A stretch of 64,000 nucleotides of DNA, taken from positions 1,056,001-1,120,000 of the forward strand of contig CAVWVI010000003.1 of NCBI GenBank assembly GCA_963758495.1. Direction: 5' to 3'. How positions within the stretch are numbered: the first letter of the stretch is position 1; every line of letters begins with the position of its first letter. Positions 11,461 to 22,063 of this stretch are shown piece by piece. Under the pieces are notes generated by a model. That model ran no database searches, was not told the DNA's origin, and saw nothing but the letters and a program-made list of their open reading frames with translations. A program made the translations under genes and the position numbers. The stretch is from Oligoflexia bacterium (GTDB lineage Bacteria; Bdellovibrionota; UBA1018).

Positions 11461-11615
11461 AAAACCTCCCTTGAATAGGTTCTAGCAAAAATCGAGCGAG
11501 CAACCGTGATGTCCTCGGCGCCGCGATATTTTTAGGAGTCGCACAATATCATCATTTCATCCAGCGGTAAGCGTAAAGATCCCATCTCCCGCTGCCACAG
11601 TATCCTAGGCAATGC

Positions 11616-13025
11616 TTAGGCTTCAATACCATATGACTTAATTTTACGATGCAAATGGCTTCGCTCAATTCCAAGCGCCTGAGCGGTTTTTGATATATTC
11701 CAATCATACTCTTTTAAAGTCTTTAAGATAAATTCCTTTTCAAACTCTTGCCGAGCATCACGAAGGTTCTTCCCCCCCACATTCGTGCTAGCTGAATGAT
11801 TGGGACCTGAATCACCCAGAGATTCCTCTTCTATTCGAACGCTAAAGCTATCGTCCTGCAAATTTTTTAATAAATCCGCCGCAGTTATAATTTTACCTTC
11901 TTCCGACTCAGACGTAAGAATAATGACACGCTCAATTAGATTTTTTAACTCTCGGACATTTCCAGGCCAAGGATACGCATTTAAAACATGGAGTGCTTCT
12001 AGTGAGAGTTCACGCATGGATCGATCATGTGCAATACAAAATTCTTTCAAAAAATGCCCTGAAAGGAGGGCTATATCTTCTTTTCGCTCACGAAGAGGGG
12101 AAACCACGAAAGGAATCACATTTAACCGATAAAATAAGTCCTCTCGGAAGTTCCCGTTTTGGATTTCGGCTTTTAAATCTTTATTGGTTGCCGCAATAAT
12201 CCGAACATCCACCAACATTGTTTGGGAGCCCCCTACTCGTTCAAATTTCTGCTCTTGTAAAATCCGAAGAATCTTTGCTTGGGTTTTGAGCGACATGTCT
12301 CCAATTTCATCTAGAAACAGACTTCCCCCATTCGCTAAATCAAATTTTCCTCGCCGAAGTTGAGTGGCACCCGTAAATGCCCCTCTTTCATGACCAAAAA
12401 GCTCACTTTCAATTAATTCTTCTGGAATGGCTGCACAGTTCACTTCAACAAATGGCTTATTAAAACGAGGCGACAATGCATGTAAACTTTGAGCCACTAA
12501 CTCCTTTCCTGTACCGTTCTCTCCCGTAATTAAAACAGAACCTGTAGTAGGAGCAACTCTACGAATCAGTTCTTGAATATGCTTCATGGCAGGACTCTCA
12601 CCCACCAGCATACGATTTTTTTGAACTTGTTTACGCAGAGCCTGGTTTTCCCGTGCTAAATCTTGAACACTTGAAACATTTTGTAAAAGAACTAATAATC
12701 TTTCTAAAGAGAGAGGTTTTTCAATAAAATCAAACGCCCCTAATTTAGTGGCCTTCACTGCAGTTTCGATATTACCATGACCAGACATCATTATAACAAG
12801 CTGATCAGGCCACTCTGATTTGATCATCCGTAATGTCTCAATACCGTCTAGTTCGGGCATCCAGATATCCAAAATAATGATATCAGGTCTTTCCACTCTT
12901 ATGGCTTCAACGCCTTCTTTACCAGACGCAGCTACCGCTACACGGTAACCTTCATCTTTAAGCGCCCCCATTAAAGATTGTCGAATCGACGCTTCATCAT
13001 CAATGACTAAAACTAAACGTACCAT
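11616..13025 (-). CDS. Sigma-54-interacting response regulator (NtrX/NtrC family)
   Basis: Receiver domain, AAA+ domain with GENGTGKE and GAFTGA, C-terminal Fis-type HTH; downstream of an NtrY-like kinase. Confidence 0.93.
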   Translation of the reverse strand: MVRLVLVIDDEASIRQSLMGALKDEGYRVAVAASGKEGVEAIRVERPDIIILDIWMPELDGIETLRMIKSEWPDQLVIMMSGHGNIETAVKATKLGAFDFIEKPLSLERLLVLLQNVSSVQDLARENQALRKQVQKNRMLVGESPAMKHIQELIRRVAPTTGSVLITGENGTGKELVAQSLHALSPRFNKPFVEVNCAAIPEELIESELFGHERGAFTGATQLRRGKFDLANGGSLFLDEIGDMSLKTQAKILRILQEQKFERVGGSQTMLVDVRIIAATNKDLKAEIQNGNFREDLFYRLNVIPFVVSPLRERKEDIALLSGHFLKEFCIAHDRSMRELSLEALHVLNAYPWPGNVRELKNLIERVIILTSESEEGKIITAADLLKNLQDDSFSVRIEEESLGDSGPNHSASTNVGGKNLRDARQEFEKEFILKTLKEYDWNISKTAQALGIERSHLHRKIKSYGIEA

Positions 13026-13040
13026 ACACATTCCTCATTT

Positions 13041-15401
13041 TTACGAGTCCAAACCAGATCCAATCCTTTTTTGCTTTCCCACTAAATCGCTTCGAACAGT
13101 AGTGGGAATTTCGATTAAAAACTGTGTCCCTTTTCCAAGCACCGAGCGGACTCGGATAAAACCATCATGATCATTCACAATACGCTTAGCAATTGAAAGC
13201 CCTAAACCTGTTCCTTCAGTTTTTGTAGAAAAATAAGGTTCAAAAACTCTTGCTCTGACTTCATCCGTCATGCCCAAACCATTATCCTCTACTTCTATCA
13301 CCGCCATTTGTAATTGCTCATTGTAATGAGTAGCAATATTAATTTTTTTATTATGCCCGGTAGGAAGCTCTGTAAGAACAGCTACCGCATTATCAAAAAG
13401 GTTAATGATCACTCTCTTAATTTGGTCTCTATCAAATTCAAAAACAGGAATTTTACTCTCCAAGTGGGCTTTCATGCTAATTTCGGGATGCCCTTGCTTA
13501 AAAAGAGCGATCACCTCAGTTAATGCAAGATTTAGATCATGAGGTGCAGGTGAAGCTTCAGGAAATCTTGCAAAACTTGAAAATTCATTCACCATTTCCT
13601 TGAGCTCATCTGTGTGCTTGATAATGGTCTCAGTACATTCCTTGAGAAGATCACCATCACGTCCTCGATGATCCCTAAACCGTCGCTGCAACCGTTGAGC
13701 GGAAAGCTTAATCGGCGTTAAAGGATTCTTGATCTCATGAGCAATACGACGGGCTACCTCACGCCATGCCATTTCTCTCTGCCCTTTTATTAAATGAGTC
13801 ATATCATCGATCACTACAACGACACCCCAATTCGCATCCCCTTGACGTAAAGAGGTCGCAACAGCAGCAAGGACTTTCAAACTTTCACCTGTTCGGAAGT
13901 TCCATTGGCTCACTTCAGGCAAAATTACGCCCCCCCCTTGCAAAGAAGCAGTCAATGCACGGCCAATGACTTCAATTAATGGAGAAACCTGCTCGGCCAA
14001 GACTTCAGTATATCTTTTATGAAGGGCATTCTCAGATTTGATTTCTAATAACTGGGCTACGGCTTCATTAAAGGTTGTAACCTCACCATTGTTATCAATA
14101 GCAATCACTCCAGTTCCAATATTGGCTAAAACGGCTTCCAGCTGCAATCTACGCTTTTCCAAATCTGCGCCTGCTTGAATCAAGCTTTCTCTATTTTCAC
14201 GTAAATCATGGGTCATTTTATTAAATGAATCTACTAAAACAGCAATCTCATCATGCCCAAAAGCCATGATAGAGACATCCAAGTTTCCAGCACCGACCGC
14301 TTGGGCGCCAAGAACTAAACGCTCGACAGGAACAGTGAGCTCCCGCGCCATGTAAAGACCAATCCAAATTGCTACAAAAATAATAACCAACGTAATCATG
14401 ATTAAGATCACTAAATACGTTGTTTTCATCGGATACTTTAGGGGATTGGTATCTTTGTAATCATCAAAAACACTTGCTATTTCATCAACTTTATTAACAA
14501 GACTCACCGGAATGTAAGAATCGACAACCAGAACTCCTACAATCGGATGAAAAGTTGTAAAATTCACATGCACTGGAACCAAACATCGGATTAAATCTCC
14601 CGTACCCACGTGCTGAATGACTGATACTTGTTCACCTGAGAAAGCTTTATGCAATAGGTCGAGTGCAAGGCGGGGATAGGGATAAAAATGATCAGAAATA
14701 GGCACACGCTGGGATAAAACACGTTCATCTAATGCATTGGCATAAAACTCTACCGCATCTAATGCCAAGAAATCCCGTTGAGAATTCAAATATCCCTCAA
14801 CCCAATTAGGAATTCGTGAAAATAAAATAGAATCACTCAAATCTTTTGATTCACTCAGCCGTCTGCCAACACCTTCCGACAAATGTTCCGCAAAATGCAT
14901 CGCTGTTTGATCCGTATTTCTATAATAGGTTCGCGTAATTTCGAGGGATGCTTGCAGCGTATTTTGGATTTTTAATGAAAACCATTTGTCGAAGCTGGAA
15001 TTAATGTACATTGCCGAAATAAGGAACAAGACAAGCGTAGGAATAATCGAAAACGCTAGAAATGCGATCACTAATTTGGTTTTAAGTCTTGCTCCTAAGA
15101 CTTTTCGACGACGTTCAATGAATAATTTTCCAATATTTCTAAAAACTAACCAAACGAGACCAATGAGAATGATGATATTTACGTTTAGCAATCCAAAAAA
15201 GAAGATCGAGTTGACAAATGGGAGCGTGTTTGAAATTTTTGTAAGCTGAAATTCAGCAAATGTCAGACTTATAAACAGGACTGCCAAGAAAACAATCAGA
15301 ATCCCTTCTCTTTTACGCTTGCGATGCTCCTTAAAATCTAAGGGAGGCATCTCTTTATTGGAGTCTGCAATAGTTTCTGGGCTAGCTAACTTATGATCCA
15401 T
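13041..15401 (-). CDS. NtrY-like membrane sensor histidine kinase (HAMP-PAS-HisKA-HATPase); start uncertain (15401 or 15452)
   Basis: Several N-terminal TM helices, AWREVARRIAHEIKNPLTPIKLSAQRL, FEPYFSTK, GTGLGL. Confidence 0.92.
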   Translation of the reverse strand: MDHKLASPETIADSNKEMPPLDFKEHRKRKREGILIVFLAVLFISLTFAEFQLTKISNTLPFVNSIFFFGLLNVNIIILIGLVWLVFRNIGKLFIERRRKVLGARLKTKLVIAFLAFSIIPTLVLFLISAMYINSSFDKWFSLKIQNTLQASLEITRTYYRNTDQTAMHFAEHLSEGVGRRLSESKDLSDSILFSRIPNWVEGYLNSQRDFLALDAVEFYANALDERVLSQRVPISDHFYPYPRLALDLLHKAFSGEQVSVIQHVGTGDLIRCLVPVHVNFTTFHPIVGVLVVDSYIPVSLVNKVDEIASVFDDYKDTNPLKYPMKTTYLVILIMITLVIIFVAIWIGLYMARELTVPVERLVLGAQAVGAGNLDVSIMAFGHDEIAVLVDSFNKMTHDLRENRESLIQAGADLEKRRLQLEAVLANIGTGVIAIDNNGEVTTFNEAVAQLLEIKSENALHKRYTEVLAEQVSPLIEVIGRALTASLQGGGVILPEVSQWNFRTGESLKVLAAVATSLRQGDANWGVVVVIDDMTHLIKGQREMAWREVARRIAHEIKNPLTPIKLSAQRLQRRFRDHRGRDGDLLKECTETIIKHTDELKEMVNEFSSFARFPEASPAPHDLNLALTEVIALFKQGHPEISMKAHLESKIPVFEFDRDQIKRVIINLFDNAVAVLTELPTGHNKKINIATHYNEQLQMAVIEVEDNGLGMTDEVRARVFEPYFSTKTEGTGLGLSIAKRIVNDHDGFIRVRSVLGKGTQFLIEIPTTVRSDLVGKQKRIGSGLDS

Positions 15402-15763
15402 TTGATTTTTACTCTCATTCCCGGTTTTCGCACATCCTTGATCACCTCTCAATAGAGACTGAAGATCAATAACCCGCTCATGTGCAGCTCATGTGCAGCT
15501 CTTTTCCATAGTACCAGTGTATCACGAAGCAATTCAGAGATCAGAATAGGAAGACTTGGGGCATCATCTGATCCAAATTTGGATCAAAATTTAGAAAATT
15601 TTTCTAAAATTGAATGGATCATTGAACATCTGGAGATCAAAAAATGAAAAAAATGAAAAAAAATGCAACTTGAGTGTGATCTTTTCTTGATATCACACGC
15701 TTTCAAGGTAACATGAAAGTTGAGCGTTGCAATTCAGTAGATGCTCTAACGGAGGAAATAGAG

Positions 15764-15835
15764 ATGGCCACAAAAAAGAAAGCCACGAAAAAGAAAGCAG
15801 TAAAGAAGAAGACTACTAAAAAGAAGAAAAAGTAA
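15764..15835 (+). CDS. 23-aa lysine-rich micro-protein MATKKKATKKKAVKKKTTKKKKK (not in ORF track)
   Basis: SD GGAGGA at 15751-15756, ATG 15764, TAA 15833-15835, own downstream terminator and candidate promoter TTGATA-N16-TAACAT. Confidence 0.8.
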   Translation: MATKKKATKKKAVKKKTTKKKKK

Positions 15836-15857
15836 TCTTCTCTCTTCTTAAATTCAC

Positions 15858-15887
15858 AAAAGCCCCAGGCTTCGGCTTGGGGCTTTT
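15858..15887. terminator. Intrinsic terminator, probably bidirectional
   Basis: AAAAGCCCCAGGC-TTCG-GCTTGGGGCTTTT between the convergent micro-gene and pyrD. Confidence 0.85.
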
Positions 15888-15959
15888 GCGTTTCTAGACC
15901 ACCCTAAACAAAACCCCCAAATCGCCCGCCAGTACTTGCTTTACAAGCTGAAACATTCT

Positions 15960-17012
15960 CTAAATTTGATGAAGTTTTCGGCTTAATTCCCCAGGGAAGG
16001 AGGGCCCTCTATAAATCCAACCTGTATAGATCTGTATCAAATCGGCTCCCGCCGAAATTCTAGCCTTAGCTTCTCCTAAGGATGTAATACCTCCCACAGA
16101 AATGATTGGCTTTTGACTGGTCTGACGAACTTCAATCAGGCTTTTTCTGGAAAGTTCAGTCAATGGCCCTCCACTCCACCCGCCTTCAAGCTCTTTATTC
16201 CCTATTTTAGTTTTTCCACCCAAAGTATTTGTAAGAATCCATCCATCAATACCCCAATCCTCGAGTGCTCGGATGAGATCTATCAAATTTTGCCCACCCA
16301 GTTCAGGGGCTAGCTTTAATAAAAGTGGCGGTTTCTTTTTCCAACCTGAAATTAAGCCGAGTACTTCCTTAACAATGGGCTTTAATGCCTCAATCGTTTG
16401 GAGAGAGCGAAGCCCAGGTGTATTCGGAGAACTTACATTCAGAACTAAGTAATCCGCAATTCCATTAAATGCTCGTGTCGCCCGAACATAGTCCTTATGA
16501 GAATCTTCAATAGGCGTATCTTTATTTTTTCCTATATTCACGCCCACACGAAAATTTAACGGTAAATCTTCTTTGGCTTGAGTTACAAGTGAAGAAACCA
16601 CTTCTGCGCCCAGCCCATTAAATCCCATCCTATTAAAGAGAGCATGCTCCTTCGCGTTTCTAAAGAGGCGCGGAAAACTATTTCCAGGTTGAGGCCGAGG
16701 TGTCACCGTTCCTACTTCAGCAAAACCGAACCCAAGAGCAGGCAGTCCCGATAAAATTTCACCGTTTTTATCAAATCCTGCTGCAAGGCCTATTTTTGAT
16801 CGAAACTCCATACCGAAGACATAAGGCAGTGGAATAGCTTTTGAATCAGCTCCCTCTTTCAAGCTTGCGCCACTCACAATAGAGAGTGGAACCCGCCCCA
16901 AAAGAATCCCCACCTTCATACATCGAACTGTTAAATGATGGGCAGTTTCTGCATCGATTCGAAAAAGGAACCACTTGATCATCTTCCAAAGCAACACTCT
17001 GACTGAAATCAT
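15960..17012 (-). CDS. pyrD: Quinone-dependent dihydroorotate dehydrogenase
   Basis: GLAAGFDKNG, GTVTPRPQPGN, NRMGFN, LNVSSPNTPGLR. Confidence 0.96.
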   Translation of the reverse strand: MISVRVLLWKMIKWFLFRIDAETAHHLTVRCMKVGILLGRVPLSIVSGASLKEGADSKAIPLPYVFGMEFRSKIGLAAGFDKNGEILSGLPALGFGFAEVGTVTPRPQPGNSFPRLFRNAKEHALFNRMGFNGLGAEVVSSLVTQAKEDLPLNFRVGVNIGKNKDTPIEDSHKDYVRATRAFNGIADYLVLNVSSPNTPGLRSLQTIEALKPIVKEVLGLISGWKKKPPLLLKLAPELGGQNLIDLIRALEDWGIDGWILTNTLGGKTKIGNKELEGGWSGGPLTELSRKSLIEVRQTSQKPIISVGGITSLGEAKARISAGADLIQIYTGWIYRGPSFPGELSRKLHQI

Positions 17013-17018
17013 AATTAT

Positions 17019-18380
17019 TTACGCCGTTCGCACCAACGATTGCATGAAAAAACCATCACAAGGCCCAGGCCCTAAATATCCACCTTCTTGAACAGTAAAT
17101 TTCGGATTTTCCGCTATAAATCGATCAATAACATGACGTGTTTCAGCTTGTCGAAAAGTACAAACTCCATAAATTAACCGACCCCCAGGAGCCACCAATT
17201 GAGAATACTGCGAGAGCAAGCGAAATTGAATTTCTGGCATTCGTGTCAAAACTTCTTTTGTTTGCCTCCATTTTATATCAGGATTTCTTCTCAAAACACC
17301 CCAGCCACTACAGGGAGCATCTACTAATACGATCTGTGCAGTCGCCTTGAACTGATGAATCGTTTCTAATTCGCTTCCTTCAGTTACATGTACGGCTTGA
17401 ATATTATTTAAACCCGCATGAGTCGCTCTTCGTCGCAAAGCTTGAAGCTTTACTTCAGAAGTATCATACGCATAAACCCGTCCTTTACCTTTTAATGCAT
17501 CTGAAATCGCTAAGGCTTTTCCACCGGCTCCAGAACAAGCATCGATCACTACCCAGGCGGGTGGATCTTTAGGAAGGGGAGGAGCAGGAAGTTCTAAATT
17601 TTGAATTTTTCCAGGGCGGTCTTTAAGTAAAGACCCATAGCGTTCTGGCCAAAGAGCAAATAGGGCCATAAATTGGGAACCCTCATCTTGAATCTCAAAT
17701 CCCCCTTTTTTATACCATTCAGTTCCCAAAACAGGCACATACCCCCCTAAGCGAATCCCTAAGGGTGTTAAAGTGGACAATTCTGCACGAACAGGTAAGG
17801 GTCCAGTTGATGTTAAACCGGCCAGTAACGCCTGTGCGCCCACTTTACGACTGGCTCTTAAACTCAGAGGAGCTTCTCGCCCCAGAGTATTCACTAAATC
17901 TTTCACGGTGGTCGCACTCCAGCTAGCTTCCCATTCCGAAATCATTTCAGGCGGAAAATCTTCCTTAAGAGGTTCACATTTAGCCCCACCTTGGGTCATC
18001 AATTCATAAATTCTCTCAGCCATAAGCTGAGCAGGTCGCCAATCAGGCAATTTTTTCTCATCTAAACTCCACGGCTCGCCTTCCATCACGCCCACCCCTA
18101 ATACTTCTGCTAAAGAAGCGGGTCTCAGTAAAATCGATGGCAAAATCTGGGCTAAAATACTTTTAATCTGTGGCGATTGCTTGGAAAGCCCCGAATCTAA
18201 GTGAATGCGACTGGTAAATAATCTAGTCCAAAGCTCTGAAAACCCCTTAAAAACTGCGGCCGCCTTTGCTTTTGGCTTCATTTCTTTAGGTTCGCTTGGC
18301 TTTTTAATTCGATAAGATTTCATTTTAGGTTTTAATTTATCTTTAGAACCGGCTTTAGAATTGGCTTTAGTATTTCGCAT
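17019..18380 (-). CDS. RsmB/NOP-family RNA m5C methyltransferase
   Basis: EIQDEGSQ, DACSGAGGK, VDAPCSGWGVLRRNPD. Confidence 0.9.
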   Translation of the reverse strand: MRNTKANSKAGSKDKLKPKMKSYRIKKPSEPKEMKPKAKAAAVFKGFSELWTRLFTSRIHLDSGLSKQSPQIKSILAQILPSILLRPASLAEVLGVGVMEGEPWSLDEKKLPDWRPAQLMAERIYELMTQGGAKCEPLKEDFPPEMISEWEASWSATTVKDLVNTLGREAPLSLRASRKVGAQALLAGLTSTGPLPVRAELSTLTPLGIRLGGYVPVLGTEWYKKGGFEIQDEGSQFMALFALWPERYGSLLKDRPGKIQNLELPAPPLPKDPPAWVVIDACSGAGGKALAISDALKGKGRVYAYDTSEVKLQALRRRATHAGLNNIQAVHVTEGSELETIHQFKATAQIVLVDAPCSGWGVLRRNPDIKWRQTKEVLTRMPEIQFRLLSQYSQLVAPGGRLIYGVCTFRQAETRHVIDRFIAENPKFTVQEGGYLGPGPCDGFFMQSLVRTA

Positions 18381-18536
18381 GGCTACAACGTAAATAGATC
18401 AAGGCAAAATCACAACCCATATATGCGTCTCGATGTCCCTTTATTCATATTTAGCCCCTTGCCCTGAATGGGTCGCCATGTTAGCACAGCATTCACTCGA
18501 TGTTCATCGAGTAACAAAAATGAGTGGGGAAAAAAT

Positions 18537-19877
18537 ATGGATAAAATCTTTAGGCTCTATCGGTCTTCTATTTCTATTGGAGTATTTGCATTACAAGTCC
18601 TATTTGTCAGTCAATACGTCCTAGCCGCTGATATTCCGAATATCAATACAGACCTTAATTTTCGTTCTGTGGTTGAGGAAGCACTTGATACTCAACAAAG
18701 TAGCTTCAAGTTTAATCGAAATGGAACTATTCAACGGTATTTCTTAGGATATCAAGGTGACTATTTAATTACCCATGCACTCAGGCTCAACACCTTTGAA
18801 AAGCAAGTAACAGAAATGCTCAAACGGAAATTAACACAGAATCCAGATCCAACCGCTCATCACCAGTTGGAAATAGTCAATTATCTAAAGAGCCTAGAGC
18901 ATCTCAAAGGCACACCTCTCTCTATTGCCGATCTTAAACAATTGGAAGACCAAGCGAAAAGTGGGGAAGGAAGTAAATTTAAGAACTTCCTCAATAAAAA
19001 GGCAACTTACCAAGAAGAAGCTTCAGGAGATAAGCAAACCAAAAAATATTCCGTCTACGTGAATCAACGGCTCTATGCAGACCAACCGACTGTCACTGCA
19101 AAACTTGGCCCCTACTTTTCTTTTACTATTACACAAGGTCAAATCCCTGACATCAATAGAGATGAAGCTTTTCATGCGGCTATTGAAACTGTACTCGATC
19201 ATCAACAAACTACTTTCACATTTCAATCGGGCGAAACGGTGCAACACTATGCCGTAGATTATGGAAAAGACTTTTTCCTTGCGCAAACAACCCAGACAGC
19301 CACTTTCAAGAAAGTCATGTCGGAACTTTCTAGAGATCAAATACCGCAAGAAATTTCTCAAAAACTCAATCAGCTCGAAGATTTTTCAAAAATGGAGAAA
19401 ACCACCTCATCAAGAAAGCTATTTGTCGAAAAAGAGATCCAATTAGAGGATTCTTCTGAGGATTCGGAAGTCATTAAATATTCAACCCAGGATCAATCCA
19501 CTTTCACTTTAAGACTTTTAAAAAATCTCGAAGTGCCTGAAAATGATTCCCTACATGATGCGGATAAACGCGAGATAGCCCGACTCATTATTAAAAAACT
19601 AGAGGAAGAAATAGCAAAATGTCCTGAGCTGATGCAAATCAAGAACTCAATCGACATGGCTATCGACGAAAGAATGAATTCGATTGATCTTACTCAAGAA
19701 GAAACAGAGAAACTCAATTTGGTTCAATCACAACTTGAAGATACAGATAAAATGTTATTTCTGACTCAGATCATGCCTAAAATGAATTACAAAGCCACGG
19801 TAAACTACATACGGAAAGCACATCCCAGCTATTCAGAAGGCTTAATATTTGCGATTTTGAATCATATGGGAATTTAA
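18537..19877 (+). CDS. Secreted hypothetical protein with two tandem ~170-aa repeats
   Basis: Signal peptide from ATG 18537 ending VLA; IPNINTDLNF..EEALDTQQSSFKF is repeated as IPDINRDEAF..ETVLDHQQTTFTF 510 nt later. Confidence 0.75.
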   Translation: MDKIFRLYRSSISIGVFALQVLFVSQYVLAADIPNINTDLNFRSVVEEALDTQQSSFKFNRNGTIQRYFLGYQGDYLITHALRLNTFEKQVTEMLKRKLTQNPDPTAHHQLEIVNYLKSLEHLKGTPLSIADLKQLEDQAKSGEGSKFKNFLNKKATYQEEASGDKQTKKYSVYVNQRLYADQPTVTAKLGPYFSFTITQGQIPDINRDEAFHAAIETVLDHQQTTFTFQSGETVQHYAVDYGKDFFLAQTTQTATFKKVMSELSRDQIPQEISQKLNQLEDFSKMEKTTSSRKLFVEKEIQLEDSSEDSEVIKYSTQDQSTFTLRLLKNLEVPENDSLHDADKREIARLIIKKLEEEIAKCPELMQIKNSIDMAIDERMNSIDLTQEETEKLNLVQSQLEDTDKMLFLTQIMPKMNYKATVNYIRKAHPSYSEGLIFAILNHMGI

Positions 19878-19885
19878 ACCGTTCA

Positions 19886-19945
19886 GGCTTAGCTCAACCC
19901 CCTCCCCAGGAGGAGTTAATGATGAGGAGGGAGTTGGGCTAAGCC
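19886..19945. repeat. Long imperfect inverted repeat (hairpin)
   Basis: GGCTTAGCTCAACCCCCTCC ... GGAGGGAGTTGGGCTAAGCC immediately after the stop codon of the repeat protein. Confidence 0.75.
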
Positions 19946-19993
19946 AGCGTTTCACTCTTTACAAGCTTAGGAAGCATAGCTTAAGATATTGGC

Positions 19994-21139
19994 ATGATTA
20001 ATTTTTCTCTATCAGATGAGCAGCAACAACTTCAAGATCTTGCAAGAAAATTTGCCAAGGAAGAAATTATTCCTAAAGCCGCACACCATGATAAAACGGG
20101 TGAATTTCCCAGAGAAATTGCTAAAAAAGCATGGGAATTAGGCCTTATGAATACCCATGTACCTCAGGAATATGGTGGACTCGGGCTGGGAGTATTAGAA
20201 GGCTGTATCACCACTGAAGAACTTGCTTATGGATGTACCGGCATTGCAACTGCTATGGAAGCAAACGCATTAGCTGCCGCCCCTGTCATCGTTGCGGGAA
20301 ATGATGAACAAAAGAAAGAATTCTTAGGAAGACTCACTGCGGAACCCTTATTTGCTGCTTATTGTGTTACTGAACCCGGTGCAGGGTCTGATGTAAGTGG
20401 AATTCGAACGAATGCTAAAAAAGTGGGGACAGACTACATCATTAACGGTAGTAAAATGTGGATTACCAATGCAAGCGTTGCCAATTGGTATTTTGTTCTC
20501 GCCTATACTGATCCGTCTCTCAAACACAAAGGTATGAGTGGTTTTATCGTTCCTGCCAACACTCCAGGAATCAGTGTGGGTAAAAAAGAAATGAATTTGG
20601 GACAAAGAGCAAGCGATACACGCGGGATCACTTTTGAAGAAGTAAAAATTCCTGAAAAGTATAGACTGGGTAAAGAAGGAGATGGATTTAAAATAGCCAT
20701 GAGTGCATTTGATCATACTCGTCCCGCAGTTTCTGCAGGGGCGGTAGGACTTGCTCGTCGCGCCATGGATGAAGCCATCCAGTATTCCGTCACTCGCAAA
20801 ACTTTTGGACAACCTATCTCAGCTTATCAGGCTGTGAGTTTCATGATTGCAGATATGGCTAAAGACATTGAAGCCGCAAGACTGCTGGTCCACAAAGCTG
20901 CTTGGACCATTGATCAAGGTCAAAGAAATACGAAATTCGCAGCTTTTGCCAAAGCTTTCGCAGCTGACGTCGTAATGAAAGTCGCTATAGATGCAGTTCA
21001 AGTCTTTGGTGGATATGGCTACTCAGAAGAATATCCGGTTGAAAAGCTCATGAGAGATGCAAAAATTTATCAAATCTATGAAGGCACGAGCCAAATTCAA
21101 CGTTTGATCATTTCAAAAGAAATTTTCGAACGGGCTTAG
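19994..21139 (+). CDS. Acyl-CoA dehydrogenase (medium-chain-like)
   Basis: [47 protein letters not shown]. Confidence 0.95.
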   Translation: MINFSLSDEQQQLQDLARKFAKEEIIPKAAHHDKTGEFPREIAKKAWELGLMNTHVPQEYGGLGLGVLEGCITTEELAYGCTGIATAMEANALAAAPVIVAGNDEQKKEFLGRLTAEPLFAAYCVTEPGAGSDVSGIRTNAKKVGTDYIINGSKMWITNASVANWYFVLAYTDPSLKHKGMSGFIVPANTPGISVGKKEMNLGQRASDTRGITFEEVKIPEKYRLGKEGDGFKIAMSAFDHTRPAVSAGAVGLARRAMDEAIQYSVTRKTFGQPISAYQAVSFMIADMAKDIEAARLLVHKAAWTIDQGQRNTKFAAFAKAFAADVVMKVAIDAVQVFGGYGYSEEYPVEKLMRDAKIYQIYEGTSQIQRLIISKEIFERA

Positions 21140-22040
21140 GTTGAAGTTCGGATCTTGTTTTAAAAATGAATTCTCGCATTTTTGTAAAAACCCATTGAGG
21201 TTGTTCCAAATGGGGCCAATGTCCTGAGTCATCGTGAACAAAAATAGAAGCGTCTGGAAACCCTTGAACCATCTCTGTTCCTAATTCAAGGGAATTCATA
21301 GCGTCTTTCTTACCCCAAAGAAGAAGCACAGGCTGATTCATCTGCTGAATTGCGTTCTTCCAATAACGTTGCTCATAGTGAGAAGGCCAAGATTCGTCTA
21401 TCGCTTTAAGAGATTGCGACAAAAATTTTCGTGACTCGTTCTTTTCCCAGAGCTGTAGAAGCGCACTTTTAAAACTGGGCTGCACGTTGCCTGATTCATT
21501 CAAAAGTTGTCGTAACTTCCGGCGAATTCGCCAACCTTTCCATCCTATTTTAACTTTTTTCAATGATTGGCTTAATCCAATCGAATTCATTAATATTAAA
21601 GCAGCTACCTTCTCGGACTGCTGACGGGCACTCAACTGTGCAATTCCCCCTCCAATATCATGTCCAATCAAAATAACTTTCTCATCCAGAGATATAAATC
21701 GACGGAGTAACTCATTCACAAGTTGAGCATGATCAAGAAGTGAAAATGCACGCTCCCTTACAAAAAAGGAACGCCCAAAACCTGGGAGATCGAGAGTAAG
21801 ACATCGACACTGTGTCGATAATTCTTCGACCAAGGGATTCCACATTTCAGCTTGCCCGAATCTTCCATGCAAAAAGAGGAGCGAACTTCTCATCAAAGAC
21901 GTACCAGGCAGTGCCGGGTATTCAATAAGGGAAATACCGGAATTCTTAAAACTAAACCAATGCCTTCTCCCCCTACTCAACCCCATTCTCCTCACACTAA
22001 GTAAAGCAGTGAAAGGGTGCAAACATGGGACCATACGCAA
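21108..22040 (-). CDS. Alpha/beta-fold hydrolase (start uncertain)
   Basis: [18 protein letters not shown] nucleophile elbow (Asp), GHWPHLE. Confidence 0.85.
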   Translation of the reverse strand: MRMVPCLHPFTALLSVRRMGLSRGRRHWFSFKNSGISLIEYPALPGTSLMRSSLLFLHGRFGQAEMWNPLVEELSTQCRCLTLDLPGFGRSFFVRERAFSLLDHAQLVNELLRRFISLDEKVILIGHDIGGGIAQLSARQQSEKVAALILMNSIGLSQSLKKVKIGWKGWRIRRKLRQLLNESGNVQPSFKSALLQLWEKNESRKFLSQSLKAIDESWPSHYEQRYWKNAIQQMNQPVLLLWGKKDAMNSLELGTEMVQGFPDASIFVHDDSGHWPHLEQPQWVFTKMREFIFKTRSELQPKPVRKFLLK

Positions 22041-22063
22041 TTTGATTTAAAGTAAACAGTTCC

